From Tubulanus polymorphus (Eukaryota > Animalia > Nemertea), in contig NC_134032.1 in the NCBI RefSeq assembly GCF_964204645.1, positions 10,156,275-10,220,274 on the forward strand: 64,000 bases of DNA, written 5' to 3'. Positions 13,001 through 25,000 of the stretch are shown piece by piece. Made by a program: the position numbers and the translations under genes. Each line of letters starts with the position of its first letter. The first letter of the stretch is position 1. The notes beneath the pieces are model-generated. The model was given only the letters and a program-made list of their open reading frames with translations, was not told the origin of the DNA and did no database searches.

Positions 13001-16000
13001 CTCCTCTCTCTCTCCCTGTGTCTGCTGTTTCCGTGCAGTGATAAAATGACCATCAAAAACAGATTGATCGAAGCATTGATCTCTGATTGCCGCGTGTGGG
13101 TACGTCATGCGGAAAATATAAACATGTTTTTGTCACCCGTCGCAGTGAACTAGTGCACTCTCAACCTCGACATACGCACTCCTCTCCAAAACAACTAGGC
13201 AAAACACGGGGAACTGATTTCTCTTTGGGCAAAACAGGCAAAACCTGGGGAACCGATTTTTCTTAGGACAAAACAGGCAAAACCTGGGGAACCGATTTCT
13301 CTTTGGGTAAATCAGGCAAAACGTGGGGAACTGATTTCTCTTTGGGCAAAACAGGCAAAACACGGGGAACTGATTTATCTTAGGGCAAAACATGGGGAAC
13401 TGATTTCTCTTAGGGCAAAACAGGCAAAACAAGGGGAACCGATTTCTCTTGGGGCAAAACAGACAAAAACGCGGGGAACTGATTTCTCTTAGTGCAAAAC
13501 CGGCGGAATTTGATATATCTCCAGAAAACATAGGGAAATTGTATTTTTCCCCACAAACCATGTTTTATTTGTCCGTTTGAAAAAAGATTGTGTTTAATTT
13601 AAGAGTTCGCAGATAAGCGTTGAACGGTCGGCCGGTGACGTAATGTCATTTATAATTAGTATAGTTGAGTTGACGCGTGCGACTCAAATTAGAATTAGCT
13701 CCACCTAAGGGTGATCTTAATGTCGCACGTTTCGCTTTGATTTACTGAACGCACGTGATTTGATTTCTGGCTTATCAGACGATCAGTCAGGTGCTCGCGT
13801 TTGAACTTTGCTTAACGACTGCCCTGAAATCAATTTTTAGAAATTAAAAATCTATGGTGATAACGCGCTCAGACTGGTCCTTTAAAAGTACATAAGGGTG
13901 ATCGTTGCTGATGGTTATCGCTGGTCTGAGATCGGTCCTTACCTTTAGGGCCTAAGACTGGTCGTTAATCTGGTCTTGGAATTGGTCTCGGATGTCATTA
14001 ACGGGGCTAAGACTGGACTCAAGATCTTAAGTCATTAAGTTATTACGAAGTTGAGACTGGCCTTCGGTTCGATAAGTCATTACTGAGCTAAGACTGGTCT
14101 CAAATTAAAGGGATGGGCTGAGTCTGGGTCTCACGTTGAAGTCATTACTGAGCTAAGATTGGTCTCAAATTAAGCTAATGGGCTAAGACTGGGTCTCAAG
14201 TTGAAGTCATTACTGAGCTAAGATTGGTCTCAAATTAAGCTAATGGGCTAAGACTGGGTCTCGAAGTCATAACTGAGCTAAGACTGGTCTCAAATTAAAG
14301 TAATGGGCTGAGACTGGGTCTCACGTTGAAGTCATTACTGAGCTAAGACTGGTCTCAAATTAAACTAATGGGTTAAGACTGGGTCTCACGTTGAAGTCAT
14401 TACTGAGCTAAGACTGGTCTCAAATTAAAGTAATGGACTGAGACTGGGTCTCACGTTGAAGTCATTACTGAGCTAAGTTTGGTCTCAAATTGAAGTAATG
14501 GGCTGAGACTGGGTCTCAAGTTGAAGTCATTACTGAGCTAAGATTGGTCTCAAATTAAGCTAATGGGCTAAGACTGGGTCTCGAAGTCATAACTGAGCTA
14601 AGACTGGTCTCAAATTAAAGTAATGGACTGAGACTGGGTCTCACGTTGAAGTCATTACTGAGCTAAGTTTGGTCTCAAATTGAAGTAATGGGCTGAGACT
14701 GGGTCTCACGTTGAAGTCATTACTGAGCTAAGACTGGTCTCAAATTAAAGTAATGGACTGAGACTGGGTCTCAAGTTGAAGTCATTACTGAGCTAAGACT
14801 GGTCTCAAATTAAAGTAATGGACTGAGACTGGGTCTCAAGTTGAAGTCATTACTGAGCTTAGACTGGTCTCATATTAAACTAATGGACTGAGACTTGGTC
14901 TCAAGTTGAAGTCATTATTGAGCTTAGACTGGTCTCAAATTAAACTCATGGGTTAAGACTGGGTCTCAAGTTGAAGTTATTACTGAGCTAAGACTGGTCT
15001 CAAATTATAGTAATGGACTGAGACTGGGTCTCAAGTTGAAGTCATTACTGAGCTAAGACTGGTCTCAAATTAAAGTAATGGACTGAGACTTGGTCTCAAG
15101 TTGAAGTCATTACTGAGCTAAGACTGGTCTCAAATTATAGTAATGGACTGAGACTGGGTCTCAAGTTGAAGTCATTACTGAGCTAAGACTGGTCTCAAAT
15201 TAAAGTAATGGACTGAGACTGGGTCTCAAGTTGAAGTCATTACTGAGCTTAGACTGGTCTCATATTAAACTAGTGGACTGAGACTTGGTCTCAAGTTGAA
15301 GTCATTACTGAGCTTAGACTGGTCTCAAATTAAACTCATGGGTTAAGACTGGGTCTCAAGTTGAAGTTATTACTGAGCTAAGACTGGTCTCAAATTATAG
15401 TAATGGACTGAGACTGGGTCTCAAGTTGAAGTCATTACTGAGCTTAGACTGGTCTCAAATTAAACTAATGGGTTAAGACTGGGTCTCAAGTTGAAGTCAT
15501 TACTGAGCTAAGACTGGTTTGAGATTGGTCTCAAATCAAGACATGGGCTAAAACTAGTCCCCTTTTTCTTGATCTATAAAATCTAAGCATAGACTCTAGT
15601 AACAGACCCTCTGTTTTAGATAACGTTTGAACTATCAGTCAACGTTAGATCTTGGAATTTTCTGACGCGGCTATTCTGACGTCTGCTGCTGCGGGTGCGG
15701 TTGTCAGTTTTCTCTCCGGTTCCATTCTCAGAATCGTTTGACGTGTCGAGAAAACGTCGTATAACCGACATGTCGCTTAATGAAATTAGTCTTGTACGTA
15801 ACACGCGGTCGCTGCCTTTAAACCTTTCGATTGTTGACGAGATCGAACACCGTTCAAGTAGCTGTGGAAATTGAAAATCCACTAGGTGGCGCTAGTGTGA
15901 ATTCGGTGTCGCAATGAGGAACTGGTGAAGCGACTGTAAAAGTTTAGGTTCCACATGTCAGCCTTACATGTTAGACTTTTAGCAGGATGCCCGTCTGCAG

Positions 16001-19000
16001 CAGGCTGGTTGGTAGACAGACATATCAGCGTTGCAGTAATAAGTAAAAAAGGTCATGAACTTCCTCACCGGTAGGCTTTAGGCTAGTTCGCTAATTTCCT
16101 CACAGAGGGAGATATATTCCAAAATGACTGCTAGCTGCTTACAGTGAGCAGCAACACTTCAAAGGCCGTCCATTCGTGAGGTTAAATGAATATAATCCAA
16201 TAGGGTTAGTCTTGGGAGACCAAGATTTTTTAACTAAATCTAATGCCACCTTGTTTTTATTCATATTTTAAACTATGCTAAAAATCTAACTAATGTTATT
16301 TAGGACCAATGAATCGTCACGTCAACACCCCCCGATGACCGTGATGTGTTTTCCAAAAAACCTCCAACCAATTTATATAGTTATCTTGATGATATGAGAA
16401 ATGGCGATACTACTGTGGCAATTGAGGATCTAATAGGTGGCGCTTAGGTGATGCCAGACATTCGTGTTAATTATAATGAATAGGAATGCTACTGCGGCAG
16501 TCGTGGTTCCGCTAGTGGAAAGTCTGCCGTATCAGCAATGCTACAGTGGCAATTGAGGGGTCCACTAGTGGCACGTTCGCGAGGTCAGACTTGCATGTCG
16601 ATTATAGCGGAATAGAAATGCTACTGTGGTGATCGGTGTTCCACTAGGTGGCGCTAGTGGTTATAGTCAGTCGTTACTAAGCATTGTTGGCATCAGACGA
16701 CAATTAGGTTAGTAGCTCGAAGATGCATAGGGCCGGACCCCAAAAATAGTACATTGAGTGAAGAAGAGTTCCCCCATAAATGTTGCCATAATTTCTGCAA
16801 ATGGGATAGGTAACGAATTTCGGTTATATGTATGAAATCCATTGATCCTGAGAGACAGATTGATGATGAAATAAGGGATTCCCTGGACTTTTTTGCTTGG
16901 AGTAAGGGTACCAAACACGGTGGGGGATTCCCTTAGATATTTTGCTCGGATGTACTGGCATACTTGTACTGGGATACCCCTCCTTTCTAAAGGTTTGATT
17001 ATTTCAAAAGTAAGGTTGGGTATGTGGGGCGAAAACCACTTCAATGCGTAGCTAAGATGCTGGCCTATGAGCCATAAGCAGGATTTCCCCTGAATTTACG
17101 CGCTTATATATGAACTAAACTCTCGAATTTCTTGTTTTTACTATAGGATATAGAAGAATTTGGAATAGTGGTTTGAGCTCTGTTACTCGTTACAGCAATG
17201 TTGCTACGGGGCAATTGGCACTGTAGTAAAACATTGCTGGAATTAAAGTGGGTTCATGTTTTTCATGTTCAGAGTAAATGAACAACTAAACAAGTGTAAT
17301 ATTTTTTAAGTGTAATCCGTCTGCTTGATATTTCCTTTCGAATTGACAACGAGCTAAACTTAATTCTTTTTTCAATGAGGGAGGGTTCTTTCGGAGGGTT
17401 CTTTATATTTTTTTTCCATTTATCTCATGGAAGCGCAAGAAAGAATTAGACAGTTACTCCAATTTACGCAACTATTCAATCCGGTCAAATTCAGACTTTC
17501 TTCACAGAGAACAGTGCTCGCTTAGAATTCCAACCCCTCCCTCCATTTGGAATGGCTGTTGTGTTAATGAAGCCTTTTCCTTTGGCCAACGCGTATTGTG
17601 CATATACGTCATATCACTAATTCATCTTATATCTAATGGACCCTTCCGTGGCAGCCTGGTCTATTTGTGGTGATTAAACTATCAAGCCATACTTAAAAGG
17701 CCAATGGGAGGCAAACCTGGGGGGGAGAGATTCACTGATTAGTGCTTTTTACTATATCTTAATCAGCTACAGGGGGTTTACCTCCGGAAATGTTTCTCTC
17801 TGTAGAGAACATTAAGTAAGGAATTTTGACTCATCCCATGAAAAAAAATATTATCTGTTTATATATACACAATCCTATCGGCGAAATTCTGGTTTTTCCC
17901 ATACAGAAACTGAGAGTGGTTTTAGCGTATGAATATAAATGCGGGCGAATTTGGCCTAGATATTCTATGTATATCATTTGAATGTGTCATCTGGCTGATA
18001 ATTTTAAATTCATTGCCACGATAAATGACGTGGGAATTAGATATCGGCGCGGCCTGATTTAAAAACGAAACCTACGTGCGGAAAGCAAAGTTTGCGTTAA
18101 AGAGGCTCCGTAAGGGACTTTTTAATCTTTTGTCCTTTACAGCCTGGAACCGGTGACCCCCTTCAGATGTATGCTAGTCTGACTGGGAATACATGTACTG
18201 ATAAAAGCGTCCAATGTTCGGTGTTCATTTTCAATTTAAGATGTCTCTGGCGAAGTCCTGAACACATGTGAATTATGGAAAATTACGTTTTGAAAATGGT
18301 CCGATGAAATGTCCGATGTCCGGTGTTTATAGTTCATTTACAATTCAAAATGTCTCTAATGATGTCCTGAACACGATGTGAAGTGTGGACAATCACATTT
18401 TGCAAAGGATGATAAAGTGTCTGATTTCTGGTGTTTGTAGTTCATTTTCTATTCTCCTGTGAAGTTCTGACCTCTTGAATTATGGACAGACACTTTTTTT
18501 TGAAAATGCTCCAATGAAATGTCTAATGTCTGATGTTTGTAGTTCATTGAAAGTATCTCTGGTGCTGTTCGCTTTGATAAATGTCTTATGTTCGGTATTT
18601 GTAGTTGATTTACTATGATGAATATCTTAGGTAAAATCTTGAACCGATATGGGCAATTCCTTTTTGAAAATTCTCCGATGAAATATCTAGTTTCAGGTGT
18701 TTGTTGTTCATTTTCGATTCAAAATGTTTCTGGTGAAGTTCTGAACACACGGTGAAGTGTCGATGAACAGTTTTGGAAAGTGTTCCGATATTTGGCGTTT
18801 GTAGTTTACTTGAATTATTAATATTAATATTATCATTATTAATTCTGACCCCACCCATGAGAGTGAAATCTGTACGATCACATTGCGAAAGTTTGCCCAT
18901 GAAATAGTGAATGCCCATCGTTCGTTTGTAGTTCATTTTCAACTAAAACTGTTTCGGTTGAAGTGCTGAATACGATCGCTTTTTGAAAGCACGCTGATAA

Positions 19001-22000
19001 TATATCGAATATCTGGACGATCAGAAACTGGGAGAACGATGATGAATAATTGAATACATAGGCTACATATTTATACCCACATTTACGTCGACGACCGATA
19101 TTTCCTCCCATCCCTTCATCGGTTTTTTCCTGCAGGAAATACGAGTTCGTCTATTCAGAATTTACCATCACATGCAATACTTCCTAATTCGACAGAAAAC
19201 CCGACGCGATAATCATTCGCAGCAATCATTTAGAAAATGAACAAACGAATTCTCCTAAAAACCGTCGCTCTAGTTCCGACTAATTACGATTTACGCGTAT
19301 TCACGAAAAAAAAAATGAAAGTTGTCAGTAGCGTTCTGACGAGAAAACTATTCAGAGCAATCATTTAAAAAAAACAAATGAAAAACAAAATAACTGTATC
19401 ATTACTTCATTTAGCTGTATCATCTTTCTCGACTGTCAATATTCATGTGAATGTAAGTTCAATGAAAAATGAATTATTGTTATTATTCGAAATCAATTCA
19501 GATAGGTCTCTCCCCTCGTAATAAACTCATATCTATGCATATTCAGGGTCCCTACGACTCCTTGATTCCTTGAAAACTCCTTCTAAACCAAAAATATTTT
19601 TCAAGCTGCTTGAATTTGAGCGCAATGCCCAAAAGTCCTCCTTGAATTTTGAGCAATTGGAAAATTGAAAAATTTCTAGGTTTTAGGAATAGTAGTAGGC
19701 TTAAATTAGTTAGTAAGTAGTTAGTAGTCATAGGCCTTATACACACCTTGAAAAGTCCTTGAATTCTGGAATTACTGATTGGTAGGGACCGTGAATTATC
19801 ATTTGAATACGATCCGCTACATAATCCTCGTTCAAAGTGTCTTATCGGTGTATCTTAGTGTTTGTCCCGTAATTCCCCGCCCCTAACCTTATCTATATTC
19901 TCACTTATGGTTGCCTGCATTATCAATCGTATTTGTTGTTTTTGTGTCTCCGATGATGAAGTTTAAAAATTCGATTAAAACTTCAAAACTGTCGGAATGA
20001 ATCATTTAAACTGCTTGGTTTTGATGCCTGCTATTTCTGAAATACTGAGATCGATATCGGTCCACCGGTCAAAAAACAAATTCCCAGGGAAAACCATCGA
20101 TCTAATAATAATTTCCGACTATTATCGAATCGGATGTATTCCCCCTCCCCGAAAGAAGTTGCCGGCAACGTTTTGACAGGCAAGCCATTCAGAAATTTGA
20201 AAAACAAAAAAAAATTCTCATTATAAACCACTGCTCATTAAAATCTTTTCCGACTATTTTCAACCAGCGTGTATTTCCCCAGAAACAAGTTTTACGGTAT
20301 TTTTTTGTTCAACGAGGATATCGTTCTATTGAGTAGCATGTAAATGACTGTAGTGTGTGTAGTGTCCTCGATTGGTTTATCAGCTGGCAGCGCGTGTGAC
20401 GTAGGCAGCCGCGAGCTACCTGCGTGATTAGTGACTAACTGCGCGGTTATAAAAGGTTGATTCATCGCCGCGCTGCGCATACACACACTCAACAGCTCTC
20501 TCAGGCACCGTAGTAGCGAAAACATCTCCGGAAAACTCTGGGAAAAACCACGCTCTTAGTTGTTTCTTGTTAAACTGTCAAAATACGGAAGAAGAACAAG
20601 TGATTTGTTAATTTCGTTGAGGACAATTTCTGGAACTTTAGTTGGTTTAAAAGCTGGTTTTTGGAAATAGTTTCTGCTGTTTTGCATTGCATTTGGCAGC
20701 ATCGGACATTTTTATACTACATTCAGTGAAGGTAACTGCGAAGAAGGTGTATTTTACTATCCAGCAATCTAATTCGAAAACTTTTAGGGAAGCTTTTTTT
20801 TCCTTTATATTATTGGATACTGCGAGAACATAATCGTAAAGTCGTCATGTTGTCGGAAACTGAGATTAACGTAAACCGCTTCACCGAACCGCGCAGGCGT
20901 CGTAACGCGATGGCGAACATTTTCTCGGGTTTGCGCCCCGCCGACGTCGAATGTTTGTACGCCGTTTCGAAGTTGGAATTCGAAGAGCGCCAGTTGCGAA
21001 CGTCCTCGCATAGCGAGGAAGGCGAGGCTGGTTTGTCCGTCCAGCAGACCGATGAGGCCAATCCGTCTGCACAGGAGACTAGTCCGTCTGCCTATGACTC
21101 AAGTCCGTCTGCTCAGAAGACGAGTTCGTCTGCCTATGACTCCAGTCCGTCTGCTCTGGAGACAAGTACTTCTGCCTATGACTCCAGTCCGTCTGCTCTG
21201 GAGATGAGTCCGTCTGCCTATGACTCCAGTCCATCTGCCCGGGAGACCAGTGCGTCCGAAGCGGAGTCGAATTTGATCGCGTGCGTCGTCGTGAGTCGTT
21301 TGAACATCGACAACGACGCGGTGCGCGACCGTACGCGGTTTCACCGGCGTCGCAACGGCCTCGCGAACATTCTTGACCCGTACAATGTCGGGCACCGCTT
21401 CGAACTGAACAACCAGCATGCGTTCCACGCCGTCGTCAACACGACGTCGTCGATGTGCCGGTGAGGTACGATTCCTGTGGCGAATCCGCGTCGTTTCCTG
21501 GTGCTAAAAAACGACCCGATTTCGTGGTTTGACAGTTCGCTGAAACGGAAAACTACTGCTAGTTACGCTTTACGAGTATTCGTTTAAAACTGTACAAAGA
21601 TAACTAACTGGTAAAAACGCCGAACAAACTTTCAGGGAATTAAAAACCGCAGCTGTTCGTGAGGATTTCGTAAACTTTATGTAGTGTTCAAACGAGTTCT
21701 AGTCAATAGTTTCTAACTTAATAGATCTGACGAGAGTTCTACTTATAGGACTTGGTTTGTATAGGAGATATTATGTTATGTATATAGCTAAATCTGAATG
21801 GTTACTGCTGGTATTTCGCGACGAGGGACGTTGCTTGATGATTTAACTTTTTTTTTCATTTCCCGCCTTCTTTTTCAACCGCCTCTCACTTTCTCTCCCT
21901 ATGCTCTTTCCCACTTCTCACCGCTCTCAATATTCACCGCTTGAACGTTCATTGAACTCTCTCGCTCTTCGGCAGGTGAAAAACATCTCAAGGCAACTTG

Positions 22001-25000
22001 TACTCTCTCTCTCTCTCTCTCTTTCTCTAAGTAAAACCCCTCTAACAACAGCTCTGACAAGTCGTGACCGTCAGTTCAACCCAGTGTCACATCCAGCAAT
22101 GATCGATATCTTTGCAAGAAGCTTTTACTTCCGTATATGGTGAAAGTGTAGGGGCTTAATGTATTCGCTGATTGATCTGCAATTAATTGGCTATTATTAT
22201 AATGTTAATCAAAGTGTTCATGAACCGGTTAAAGTTATCGTGATTGAGAAGGTCGTCATTAGTAACTATTCATAATTTTACTGAACTATTGAAGTTACTG
22301 AGAATGAAAAGGTCGTCATTAGCAACTATTCATAATTTTACCGAACTATTGGAGTTACTGAGAATGAGAAGAATGTCAATATTGATAACTGATTAAAACT
22401 TTATTGAATCGTTGAATTCGTCTACAATCTTCTTTCTAGCGAATCATCGGGAGACATTGTGAATGGAGAAGCCCGGCGTTGTCCTTAGTAACTCATGATA
22501 GTTTTACTGAATCGTTGAAATCATTTGTCATAGAATTTTCACTTGTTGACGTGAGTTCACTTATTAAGAACATGCATGAAATATCTCGACAAAAGTTTAA
22601 AACCGGTTTGAGTTTTTCATGAATCAAAAATTGTTTTTCGAACTGCCTTTCTCCCTTGAATAGAAATGACTTCATTCGCCGACCTTTGTTCAAATTTGAC
22701 CTTCAACTCGCCCCCCCCCCCCTGAATGTAATTGTAAATACGAACGTGGGTTTTTCCGCCCAACGTGGTTGCAAAACACTTTCGAAAAACATGATTGCCA
22801 AATTTTGTGTATTTAGATTTAGAAAAAAAAACTACTTTTAATACAGTATCTATGATGCCGATTTAGTAATTAATTTGATTTATTTAATTAGTCAATTAAG
22901 AAATTTAATTAGTCAATTAAAAAAGTTAGTTAAAGTTAGTGCTACGATCAAGAGAAAAAGGGACCATTGTTGGTATATATCGTGTATTGTTATTGTTAGT
23001 GTAAATAAGTTGAATTGTTTATTGTATGAAAAAGAGCTAAAATGACGAAAAACATTATTTGTAAACAAAAATAAATTGATACAGTTTCTAATATTATATT
23101 ACGAGTTTGGAGTTATCTTTCAATCAATGGAATGCAGTTGTCGGCTTGCTGGTTTCCCCGATCCACAATGAGGCATCCTGGACAACCCTTACGCCTAACG
23201 AGAAATGATCTATCTAAGGATGGTATAGTTTGGTGCCTGGGACTCAGTATCGCACTTGATTAGATTGAATAGAAATTGATTTATTTTAGTGCAGTCTTTA
23301 TTTACTCAGCTGCCGAACTCGACCCGTTTCCGTTATTCTCATACCACCCTTTCAGTGCGGTGTATAAATCGGTGATGTATTTTGCTAATACATCGCATCA
23401 TGGGGTACACCGGTGTAGTTTGTAATTATTTCTCTTTTTAATATACGAGAATTCTCGAGAATTACGGACCCATACCGCTAGTGCATAAAGAACTATCTAT
23501 GGTGAAATATCATTTACTTACAATGCATCGCACCGTGGTGTAGATGTAATATAGCGACATGCATGTTACCGAAAATACTTTGTAGTTTTGCTATGATCCA
23601 ATGCATTGTGGTCGAATTTTTCAAAGTGTTCTTCAAACGATCTCCTGCACTTTAGGGTAACAGTTAGAAAGCATTGAAACGGCTTTAGAATTTTGACTTT
23701 TTACGTTGGAAATGAACTGATTTTATGAATGTAGTAATAGCAGGTAGATCATATCGGTCCATCCATCTGCAGCGGCAGGCGGATGAGAGACACACTCCAC
23801 CCTTCCGCCAGTGTCACGTCAGCAGCAGTAAATGACTGAGAGACTCCCCGCTTCCGCCCTCCTCCCTGCACTGATGTTCTCTATTGCTACTCGCGTCGTT
23901 GTCACACCGGTGTTTTATACCTCAATAAACTGGTCGTGTCTGTCTGTTTAATCGATTACCTGCGGACATTGTGACGTCAGTTATATCAGCAATGACGGAA
24001 ATCTCGACTGTCTCTCGGTCTGTGTATACATATTATACCCGTCATCACTGATCCCCTATGAAATCTTCAAACTCTCTTATTACTGATACCAGCCTCCATA
24101 AATCTCGCCTTGATATCATAAAATTCTTTATTGATGAAAATGGCTACCTCCTAAAATCATCTTATGACATCATCAAACTCTTAATTGATGAAAATGGCTT
24201 CCTCCTAAAATCATCTAATGACATCATCAAACACTTTATTGATGAAAATGGCTACCTCCTAAAATCGTCTTATGACATCATGAAACTCTTTATTGATGAA
24301 AATGGCTACCTCCTGAAATCATCTTATTACATCATGAAACACTTTATTGATGACGTTGACTAAACCTCCTAACATCCCCTCATGATATTGTCAATCGCAT
24401 TCGATAAAGACGGCAGCCCCCAAGGATCCCCTATGACCCTATCAAACTTGTTCAACAGAAAGCTGCCTCCATAAATCCCCATGTGACATCTTCAGCATTG
24501 AACATCTTTAATGATGATATAGTGACCTCCATAAATCCTATTACCTCATCAAATTTGCAATTATGCTTAATTCTAAGTACTGATGTAAACTATTTTGGTG
24601 TTAATTTTTCTAGTCACTTCAACTACTTGTTTAAGAATAATTGAATTCCTACTGTTGTTCAATGATTATTTCCGTTTCGTATTTTCTCACAGATTTATGG
24701 CGGATTACGAGGCGTGGATGGAATTGTGCGATTTGTACCTGTTAGAAATGGACTACAGCAAGGCCGCGTTTTGTATGGAAGAGGTACTGATGTCGAACCC
24801 TCATAATCATCTGTACCATCAGCGTTACGCCGAGGTACGTAGATTTTTCCTCTCAAACCGATGAGTTTGATGTATCGAAAATCAATCGATTTTTTCACGG
24901 TTTCCTATTTCTGGGGAAAATTTGCAGACATACCGCTACATTACCAGAGCTGCCAACTGTTCCTGATTTTCAGTATTTGTAATTATTTTATGACAAGAAA

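Noticed and set aside
13133-13561. 142-aa Cys/Phe-rich repetitive ORF
   Set aside because: Translation of a 39-bp minisatellite; no true ATG start or gene context.
14070-15535. CRISPR-like array of palindromic repeats
   Set aside because: No unique spacers, no cas genes, eukaryotic context; it is a satellite.
16693-17044. Two overlapping minus-strand ORFs, possibly a retroelement remnant
   Set aside because: No motif I can recognise with confidence.
21099-21428. Antisense ORF over the nested gene
   Set aside because: Shadow of the GC-rich repetitive plus-strand ORF; promoter and poly(A) signals point to +.
24058-24363. 101-aa ORF with 20-aa repeats
   Set aside because: Tandem copies of the dispersed non-coding intronic repeat.
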